Below, one piece after another: positions 12,701-23,009 of a stretch of 64,000 bases of DNA (position 1 is the stretch's first letter; each line of letters starts with the position of its first letter). The stretch is from positions 9,238,001-9,302,000 of the forward strand of contig OZ059894.1 of the NCBI GenBank assembly GCA_964057225.1. Reading direction: 5' to 3'. Under the pieces are notes generated by a model, which saw only the letters and a program-made list of their open reading frames with translations, made no database searches and had not been told where the DNA came from. The translations under genes were made by a program, and so were the position numbers. This DNA is from Auanema rhodensis. Its lineage: Eukaryota; Animalia; Nematoda.

Positions 12701-15700
12701 TCCAATGTTCAAACTCTGGAATTCTGGAAACTGAATAATACTCATTACTGAAACTGAAACTAGGATTCAGATGACCGAGAGAACCCAGAAAAGGAATATT
12801 TCAAGGTGTCGGAAGGTAAAACATTGCCCCGAACCAGGATCGAACTGGTGACCTTTAGATCTTCAGTCTAACGCTCTCCCAACTGAGCTATCGAGGCTAT
12901 GATTAGACAGAATAAAGAATTCTTGAAGAGTTATCAGTGTCAGAAAACCACTGTTGAAATCAATTCGAATGTTCAAACTCTGGAATCCTGGAAACTGAAT
13001 AATACTCATTACTGAAACCGAAACTAGGATTCAGATGACCGAGAAAACCCAGAAAAGGAATATTTCAAGGTGTCGGAAGGTAAAACATTGCCCCGAACCA
13101 GGATCGAACTGGTGACCTTTAGATCTTCAGTCTAACGCTCTCCCAACTGAGCTATCGAGGCTATGATTAGACAGAATAAAGAATTCTTGAAGAGTTATGA
13201 GGAACAGAAAACCACTGTTGAAATCAATTCGAATGTTCAAACTCTGGAATCCTGGAAACTGAATAATACTCATTACTGAAACCGAAGCTAGGATTCAGAT
13301 GACCGATAGAACTCAGAAAACGATTATTTCAAGGTGTCGGAAGGTAAAACATTGCCCCGAACCAGGATCGAACTGGTGACCTTTAGATCTTCAGTCTAAC
13401 GCTCTCCCAACTGAGCTATCGAGGCTATGAGTAGAGAGAATAAAGAATTCTTGAAGAGTTATGAGGAACAGAAAACCACTGTTGAAAGAAATTCCAATGT
13501 TCAAACTCTGGAATTCTGGAAACTGAATAATACTCATTACTGAAACCGAAGCTAGGATTCAGATGACCGATAGAACTCAGAAAACGATTATTTCAAGGTG
13601 TCGGAAGGTAAAACATTGCCCCGAACCAGGATCGAACTGGTGACCTTTAGATCTTCAGTCTAACGCTCTCCCAACTGAGCTATCGAGGCTATGATTAGAC
13701 AGAATAAAGAATTCTTGAAGAGTTATCAGTGTCAGAAAACCACTGTTGAAATCAATTCGAATGTTCAAACTCTGGAATCCTGGAAACTGAATAATACTCA
13801 TTACTGAAACCGAAACTAGGATTCAGAGGACCGATAGAACTCAGAAAAAGAATATTTCAAGGTGTCTGAAGGTAAAACATTGCCCCGAACCAGGATCGAA
13901 CTGGTGACCTTTAGATCTTCAGTCTAACGCTCTCCCAACTGAGCTATCGAGGCTATGAGTAGAGAGAATAAAGAATTCTTGAAGAGTTATGAGGAACAGA
14001 AAACCACTGTTGAAATCAATTCCAATATTCAAACTCTGGAATCCTCTAATCTGAATAATACTCATTACTGAAACCGAAACTAGGATTCAGATGACCGAGA
14101 GAACCCAGAAAAGGAATATTTCAAGGTGTCGGAAGGTAAAACATTGCCCCGAACCAGGATCGAACTGGTGACCTTTAGATCTTCAGTCTAACGCTCTCCC
14201 AACTGAGCTATCGAGGCTATGATTAGACAGAATAAAGAATTCTTGAAGAGTTATCAGGAACAGAAAACTATTGTTGAAATCAATTCCAATGTTCAAACTC
14301 TGGAATTCTGGAAACTGAATAATACTCATTACTGAAACCGAAACTAGGATTCAGATGACCGATAGAACTCAGAAAAAGAATATTTCAAGGTGTCTGAAGG
14401 TAAAACATTGCCCCGAACCAGGATCGAACTGGTGACCTTTAGATCTTCAGTCTAACGCTCTCCCAACTGAGCTATCGAGGCTATGATTAGACAGAATAAA
14501 GAATTCTTGAAGAGTTATCAGGAACAGAAAACTATTGTTGAAATCAATTCCAATGTTCAAACTCTGGAATTCTGGAAACTGAATAATACTCATTACTGAA
14601 ACTGAAACTAGGATTCAGATGACCGAGAGAACCCAGAAAAGGAATATTTCAAGGTGTCGGAAGGTAAAACATTGCCCCGAACCAGGATCGAACTGGTGAC
14701 CTTTAGATCTTCAGTCTAACGCTCTCCCAACTGAGCTATCGAGGCTATGATTATACAGAATAAAGAATTCTTGAAGAGTTATCAGGAACAGAAAACCATA
14801 GTTGGAATCAATTCCAATGTTCAAACTCTGGAATCCTGGAAACTGAATAATACTCATTACTGAAACCGAAACTAGGATTCAGAGGACCGATAGAACTCAG
14901 AAAAAGAATATTTCAAGGTGACTGAAGGTAAAACATTGCCCCGAACCAGGATCGAACTGGTGACCTTTAGATCTTCAGTCTAACGCTCTCCCAACTGAGC
15001 TATCGAGGCTATGATTAGACAGAATAAAGAATTCTTGAAGAGTTATCAGGAACAGAAAACTATTGTTGAAATCAATTCCAATGTTCAAACTCTGGAATTC
15101 TGGAAACTGAATAATACTCATTACTGAAACCGAAGCTAGGATTCAGATGACCGATAGAACTCAGAAAAAGAATATTTCAAGGTGTCGGAAGGTAAAACAT
15201 TGCCCCGAACCAGGATCGAACTGGTGACCTTTAGATCTTCAGTCTAACGCTCTCCCAACTGAGCTATCGAGGCTATGATTAGACAGAATAAAGAATTCTT
15301 GAAGAGTTATCAGTGTCAGAAAACCACTGTTGTAATCAATTCGAGTGTTCAAACTCTGGAATCCTCGAATCTGAGTAATACTCATTACTGAAACCGAAAC
15401 TAGGATTCAGAGGACCGATAGAACTCAGAAAAAGAATATTTCAAGGTGACTGAAGGTAAAACATTGCCCCGAACCAGGATCGAACTGGTGACCTTTAGAT
15501 CTTCAGTCTAACGCTCTCCCAACTGAGCTATCGAGGCTATGATTAGACAGAATAAAGAATTCTTGAAGAGTTATCAGGAACAGAAAACTATTGTTGAAAT
15601 CAATTCCGAAGTTCAAACTCTGGAATCCTCGAATCTGAATAATACTCATTACTGAAACCGAAACTAGGATTCAGATGACCGATAGAACTCAGAAAACGAA

Positions 15701-16782
15701 TATTTCAAGGTGTCGGAAGGTAAAACATTGCCCCGAACCAGGATCGAACTGGTGACCTTTAGATCTTCAGTCTAACGCTCTCCCAACTGAGCTATCGAGG
15801 CTATGATTAGACAGAATAAAGAATTCTTGAAGAGTTATAAGGAACAAAAACCACTGTTGAAATCAATTCCGAAGTTCAAACTCTGGAATCCTCGAATCTG
15901 AATAATACTCATTACTGAAACCGAAACTAGGATTCAGATGACCGATAGAACTCAGAAAACGAATATTTCAAGGTGTCGGAAGGTAAAACATTGCCCCGAA
16001 CCAGGATCGAACTGGTGACCTTTAGATCTTCAGTCTAACGCTCTCCCAACTGAGCTATCGAGGCTATGAATAGACAGAATAAAGATTTCTTGAAGAGTTA
16101 TCAGTGTCAGAAAACCACTGTTGAAATCAATTCGATTTTTCAAACTTTGGAATCCTCGAATCTGAATGAGACTCGGCAGTAAAACAGAGATTAGGATTCA
16201 GATGACCGATAGAACTCAGAAAAGGAATAATTCAAGGTGTCGGAAGGTAAAACATTGCCCCGAACCAGGATCGAACTGGTGACCTTTAGATCTTCAGTCT
16301 AACGCTCTCCCAACTGAGCTATCGAGGCTATGATTAGACAGAATAAAGAATTCTTGAAGAGTTATAAGGAACAAAAACCACTGTTGAAATCAATTCCGAA
16401 GTTCAAACTCTGGAATCCTCGAATCTGAATAATACTCATTACTGAAACCTAAGCTAGGATTCAGATGACCGATAGAACTCAGAAAAGGAATAATTCAAGG
16501 TGTCGGAAGGTAAAACATTGCCCCGAACCAGGATCGAACTGGTGACCTTTAGATCTTCAGTCTAACGCTCTCCCAACTGAGCTATCGAGGCTATGAATAG
16601 ACAGAATAAAGATTTCTTGAAGAGTTATCAGTGTCAGAAAACCACTGTTGAAATCAATTCCAATGTTCAAACTCTGGAATTCTGGAAACTGAATAATACT
16701 CATTACTGAAACCTAAGCTAGGATTCAGATGACCGATAGAACTCAGAAAAGGAATAATTCAAGGTGTCGGAAGGTAAAACAT

Positions 16783-16855
16783 TGCCCCGAACCAGGATCG
16801 AACTGGTGACCTTTAGATCTTCAGTCTAACGCTCTCCCAACTGAGCTATCGAGGC
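16783..16855 (-). tRNA. tRNA-Phe: tRNA-Phe(GAA), last (64th) copy at the right edge of the array
   Basis: Same sequence as the consensus copy, with the TTTT terminator intact. Confidence 0.97.
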
Positions 16856-17138
16856 TATGAATAGACAGAATAAAGATTTCTTGAAGAGTTATCAGTGTCA
16901 GAAAACCACTGTTGAAATCAATTCGATTTTTCAAACTTTGGAATCCTCGAATCTGAATGAGACTCGGCAGTAAAACAGAGATTAGGATTCAGATGATCGA
17001 TACAACTCTGAGCGGAGTAGTAAAACATAAATCGAAAAGCATGTTAAAGATTTATTTTGTTGTTTTTCTAATTTTAAGTATAATAAAAGATTATATATAC
17101 CCGTTAATGATTGTACTGTCATATAAACAAAACTCCTC

Positions 17139-18399
17139 TTAGGTTTCATCTTCAAATCTTAAAAAAGTACTCAATTGATCAAGTGTTATAGAAAATGGCC
17201 GAGCTGTTTTCAGGTATGATGACTCATTCAGAAATTTTTGTGGAATATCGAGCAAAATGAAATTGTTCACAAATTCGTTGATAAGTTTTTGTGATATCAA
17301 CTTTCCTAAATATTCAAAAACTTTATTGATTAGTCGTATCTGCTTACCTTCAATATCAGATGTTTTAATAGATATTCCATCTAGATCAACTAGTATCGGC
17401 TTATTACCAATAACAACAAACTGAAATTTAATCGTATATTTTTGAATGAAAAGTAGAAAAAAGCACTTGCTGTCTTCGAAAATCATTGAAAGTAAGATGT
17501 CTATGACGTTTAACAAATTCAACAATTTCTTTGATCAATCGTACACGATATTCCCAAGATTGTTGAACCAGAAATAAGGTTGTTAATGGTGTACCTAATT
17601 CATTTTTTATACCCACATCTTCTATATGTTTAATTGGATCTTTTGGGATACAATATGATCTGATCTGAAATCAACTTGTTTTACTTTCCTCTTCAACTTG
17701 AATTAATTAACTTTAATAACATTCGGATCCTTTCCAAGTTTTACCATCCAATGAATCTCATTCATTATACTTTGCAGAACTAATAACTTGCACAGCTAGA
17801 AGATATTTGTACACATATACTCAATATAGTAAACTATTTCACCTCAGCCTGTGTGTTTTCCAAGCATGCTTGAAACGTTGGACCATTTATATTTGGAACT
17901 TTGATAATGCTAGTTGAATCATGTTCATCCAATAAAACCATTTTCTGCCAACCTTCACCGACTTTAACACGATGCCTCGCCAATAGACAATGAGGTTCAA
18001 CATCTAAACAATGCTTGTATCATTAAAATATTTAAAGGTTAATCATACCGTTTATATCCTTCAGTTTATAGCCATTTAAATGAGGCGTAAGCTGAGAAAA
18101 AAGTTCACTTTTTAAAGAATTAATTTCTGTAAATTTAAAAAACTTATTATAAAGCTGAAAACATCAAGCTGAAAACCTTCAACACGGTTATCAATATTAT
18201 ACCAGTTTTCGGAATTATATGAAAGGGTATTATGAACTGAATAGATTATTATACATACTAAAGGTAACAAGATGATCAACTTCCACATTTCATCTGAAAA
18301 ACATTTTTAAATACTTGTTTTTGAGCTCAAAAAAAAACAAAAATAATGATTTTTCATGAGATTATATAGAAAAAATAAATGCTTACTTCGAAAAAACAT
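17139..18399 (-). CDS. PKDCC/VLK-like secretory-pathway protein kinase (spliced, ~8 exons; 5' exons uncertain, alternative ATG at 18288)
   Basis: Manual splicing gives ...VKVGEGWQKMV (Gly loop)...SIIKVP (Lys)...IMNEIHWM (alphaC Glu)...PNVIKIRSYC...ELGTPLTTLFLVQQSWEYRVRLI...FNDFRRQQFVVIGNKPILVDLDG. This resembles the PKDCC motifs as I recall them (ELGAP..LLQTSWEDRFRI, LLDFRPRQF, TDLDD). There is a hydrophobic N-terminal segment (MWKLIILLPL), GT-AG introns, and a minus-strand AATAAA at 17051-17056. Confidence 0.75.
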
Positions 18400-21187
18400 A
18401 TAAATTGTCAGTGTTAAGAGTTATGAGTAATAACTTAAGAAAATTGGCATCAAAGGCCATAAATATAACAGAAAGGGACAGATTTGTGTTTAATGTGGTT
18501 GCGAACTAGCTACCACGATTTATGTCGGTTGGTGAGCTAAGCAGAGAAGACGAACTGGACTGCTGCTGAAGAAGGCACCGGAGGTTTAGTTGCCACATGA
18601 GAAAAGAAAAGGAGACAAAGAGAGAGTTATAGAGAGAAAATGAATGCGAGAGAAAACGAATGAAAGAGAGAAAGAAAGATGAACGAGATGGATCGCTGAC
18701 CATGGTCGAGCACAACGTCTTCTGTCACTCGAGACAACTAGCCATCCATCTTACAAGCGCATTTCCGAGATGTGTTTATGAACTATTTCAAGATTCCATA
18801 AGAAAATAATTTTCTTGATTCTGGTTCACAAACTAAAGATTTACTGAACCAGTATTTGTTTTAGAAAAATAATATGATTACTATAATATAATCAAAGTTT
18901 AGATTGTTTGTGAAACATACTGTTAAAATGAGGATTGGTTGGTTGAGATCATGTTACGTTTTAATGAAAATTAAAAATATTTTTCTCTAATCAATGAAAT
19001 TCTATCAAAATATTAAGCATATGTTGAAAATCCTTTACACATTCATAGATTTGTTATCTATCTATGTATGTTTATTGAACACAAAATATTTTCCTTTATT
19101 GGAATTTACAATCAAATATACTGATGTATAGATAAATTATTACACTTACATCTTATTCTTGAAATTATTTAATTGGAATTGAAATAACTCAAATTTATTA
19201 TTAAAAATTCAATGTATTTGATGCCGAATTCATTACTATAATGATTCGGCTTCTTTAAATCCTATTTGAGCATTCTGAAGCCTGTCTTAAAACTATGTAC
19301 TTTTTTCGATTCCACTTGAAATGGAGTGCAAATGCCCTTTTTAGATCTGGGATATTCATTTCTATCTCACTTTTACGATCAAAAATCTAGAAAAACATCT
19401 TCCATAATTCACGTGATATTCAAATATATTTTTCACGTATTTATTTTGGATAAAATCATCACATACGAGCGGTTGAATTCGCTGTGCGATGTCATTCAGA
19501 TATTCTACACCAAATTCAGGTATTTTTCATTTCTATTGTTTTCTTTTCTGGTAATAATATTAAAAATATATCATGGCTTCTAATGATGTTCAGTTTTTTT
19601 TTGAATGAGTATTCAGAGTTGATCCCATTTCCCAAGCAAGTGCATCATTATTTTTTGCTCAGTAGTCCACGAAAGCATTCAGAAACAAAGGGAATTTAGT
19701 ATTAGTTTTGTGCTAATGGAACGTTTAAGTTCAAAATCGATTATATTGTAACAGACACAGCCTTTACTTATGTTCAACGCTTATGCACTATCTGATTTAA
19801 GGCGTCAACTCTAGATAGGCCTCCTGGTGACAGCATTAGTTCTTCTGCAACCTCCCGCTGAGTCGTTATCTAGTTCACTGATCGCTACCATATTTCACAG
19901 CTAACAGCAGTTCCTTTTGAGACACTTCAATTTGAGGACAAACTCACAATTTATGGTCGTCTGTGGTTAAACAGTGTATAAATAACAAACAGGGAAACAA
20001 AAAACAGCATGAAATTGTAGTACTTTACGTACATGCAGTCACGAGATCGCAGTCATCTGATTTCTTTTCTTTTCCAAATAATGCCTTTATTAATCCTTTA
20101 ATAGTTGATAAATATATGAATTATTGTTTCTTCTCTTTATAAAGATCTAGAACTATAGTTATACTATCAACAGCTCTGACTATATTTTGAGACTTCCTTG
20201 ATGGGCACAAAATATTCTCTTCACGTACAGACGTTGAATAAAAAATAGTTTTGCTTAAAGTGCCCAAACAACGTTAGAAATATAAGTTAGAAAGCTTAAT
20301 GATGTCGTTGTTAGTTCATAAGACCCAGGCAGTAGGTTAGATGTTTTTGAATGGAATTCATGACTTTGAGTTACAATTCATCAGTATGTAGACTTGTGAA
20401 ATCAAAGAAAAATTGAAATATTATGTTAAAAGTGGATGGCGCAGACAGAAAGGACGACGAGATAACAACTAGAGAGTGGAGACGTGCATGTCAGCTGAGT
20501 GCGAGGTCCTAGCACAGCGCTGGTCGATATATGTGTGTGCTGAAAAAAACGTTCAATTTTACTTTTTCTTTGCTACTTTTTATTTCTATTCATGAGCATC
20601 GTGGATCATAATACTGATAGTGAGTGGGAGTCATGAATTTCTCATCCAGCACGATGTCTTCGCAGAAGAAGCATGCATATTCTGAACGCTTCATAGTGTT
20701 GTTTGATTTAATAACTTTTGTTTTATAGTGAAGTTCAACTCATTTTGAACTTTTCTCGTGCTAAGTTCAATGAGTTATCGAACGTCCCCCCTGGGCGGCT
20801 AGCGTATTTAAACTTTTGAAAGGTGTATACTTATGCTTCAAAAATACGATTTTCCTCATTTTATCGTGTCAATGCTCACAATTTCACTCAACTTTTTCTA
20901 TTTTTCTCGCGTTTTGTTTATGTCGTGTCGTTTCTCAATCTGTTCTTCTTCTTTAGGTATCCCCGGTGTGTGACATCTATAGCCGGACCGAAGGAGACCT
21001 CAGCATCTAAGAATATTCTCACCAATTGCTTGAAGGTCCCCGTACCTTCAATTTTATTACGGGTCCACATTTTAACATTTTCTCAGGTTAATTGTATGAG
21101 CCTAGGAATTTTATACCCTTGAGCTTTCGAAAAAAGGTTGTTTTCATCAATAATACTTTGGAGACTGTTAATATTTCAGTGATCAGA

Positions 21188-22483
21188 ATGTCGAAAAGAC
21201 CATCTCGTGCTGCATCCCATGCTGGTTCCTGGTATTCCGCTAACTCTAAAGAACTTGATAAACAACTTTCCAAATGGCTTGAAGGTGCTGGTCCACGCCT
21301 TGGGACAGCAAGAGCCATAATTTCTCCGTAAGTGCATATTTCCTAGAAGTTTTTCCTCGTATGTTTCTATATATATATATATATAGAATTATTTTTCAGC
21401 CATGCAGGCTATTCCTATTCGGGGGAAGTTGCTGGATATGCCTTCAAGCAGATTGTTCCTGATACAGTGTAAGTATCTATGAACAATTATTTTCGTAGTG
21501 ATTCATCATTTAAAGCGACCGGATTTTCATACTTGGGCCTTCTCATGTAGTATCATTGCATGGCTGTGCTGTTACAACTTGTGACAAATATAAATCACCG
21601 ATTGGCGACTTACAAGTAGATACACGAGGTATAATAATATTAGTATCTTAATTAGCGAAGTTTGATGTTGTAGTTAACGAAGAATTGCTTGCTACTCGTC
21701 ATTTTGAAGTAATGGACAAAAGTTATGAAGAAGCTGAGCACAGTATTGAGATGCAAATTCCATTTATCATGAAAGTTATGGAAGGGTACTGTAATTTTGG
21801 CTACTTCTTCATTTCATTGAAATATATTTAGAAAAAGTTTCACTATTGTTCCAATTTTGGTGGGAAATCTCCGGGATAACTCCACGAAACAGACGTATGG
21901 TAAAATTTTTGGAACTTTTATGGAAAACCCTCGCAATCTTTTTGTCATATCGTCGGATTTCTGTCATTGGGGTGAGGATAGAGAATTTTTATTTTGAAAA
22001 CATCATTTCCAGGTAATCGATTTGATTATTGCAACTATAATCCTATGAGCCATACTCCTATTTTTGACCAAATCGCTCACTTGGATCGAGAGGTTTTCTC
22101 TTTCATATTAATATTTTTCGAGCATCTTAATTTTTTATCAGGGAATGAATGCTATTGAAACGTTGAATCCTCAAAAATTCTCTGATTACCTAAAGAATAC
22201 ACGCAATACCATATGTGGAAGAAATCCAATTACCATCATGCTACATGTGAGCAATTAATTAGATCATGTGAAGCTTGAAAACATCATTTTAGGCCGCGGA
22301 TCATTTCCGAATGATTAATAATCACACTCACGAGTTTCGATTTGTAAAATATGCTCAATCAAATAAGGTATTAATTTCACAGCTTGTATCATTCAACTAG
22401 TTTTAAAAATATTTCAGGTTCGTTCTCCGAATGATTCATCAGTTTCATATGCTGCAGGTGCCTTATTTATGCATCCAAAGTAA
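21188..22483 (+). CDS. memo-1: MEMO1 family protein (mediator of ErbB2-driven cell motility)
   Basis: Spliced motifs are R-ASHAGSWY, ARAIISPHAGYSY, IFILGPSH, EAEHSIEMQIPFI, FVISSDFCHWG, NTICGRNPI and DSSVSYAAG. An ATTTCAG acceptor lies just upstream of the ATG, and the stop TAA is at 22481-22483. Confidence 0.95.
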
Positions 22484-23009
22484 AGCTTTATAAACTTCAA
22501 TTTTTTCTAAAGTTCGGAATCTGTTATGATTTCATCAATTCCAATCTTGAAATTCTTTCAGACTTTTGTTTTTTATTTTGTGTCAAGAGCGTTTTTATGT
22601 TTCAATTTTTTTTGCGAATGACTTTTCTCCATGAAAGTATCCTTCCATAGTTGATATTCCAAACTTTACCTCATATTTCAATCATATTACTTCTCTTGAT
22701 CTTACTTTCTCAGTTATTACCTATTCATTTCATCAATAATTTTTAGTATGTGCCTTTCTCTTATTTTTTTTTTGCTTCATCACATTCATAGCCTTTTACA
22801 AACTTTTTCAAGTTTAAGTCTTTTCTATTTTTTTTATTTTTCAATCAAATATGTGATATATATACGACAATTTCAATGAAAATAATGATTTTGGTATTAA
22901 ACAGCCTTACACAAAAAGCTGAACTTTTATAAAATTTTGGTATTTTTGAACTAGTTGTTGGTTCAAGCGAAATAATTAGAGTCTCGACAAGAATAACTTC
23001 TTCGAGTTT

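Larger units (their letters stand above)
1..17028 (-). repeat. Tandem array of a 264-bp unit (73-bp tRNA-Phe + ~191-bp spacer); 64 tRNA-containing units in the window, truncated at the left edge
   Basis: tRNA 3' ends fall at 153, 417, 681 ... = 153+264k up to 15729, then at 15992, 16256, 16519 and 16783 (two units are 263 bp because of a 1-bp deletion). The spacers differ only by recurrent substitutions. Similarity decays after ~17010, and the last recognisable remnant is gtaaaacat at 17020-17028. Confidence 0.98.

Noticed and set aside
1-16956. CRISPR array or protein-coding repeat (unit length is a multiple of 3)
   Set aside because: The spacers are homologous to each other rather than unique, the context is eukaryotic with no cas genes, and the ORF track lists no ORF in this span.
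1-17028. tRNA-derived SINE cluster
   Set aside because: The tRNA is a complete, essentially invariant cloverleaf with a TTTT terminator right after it. There is no LINE-like tail, poly(A) or target-site duplication.
16957-17142. 61-aa plus-strand ORF across the array junction
   Set aside because: It starts in the diverged spacer and runs antisense through the AT-rich 3' UTR of the kinase gene, so it is probably a chance ORF.
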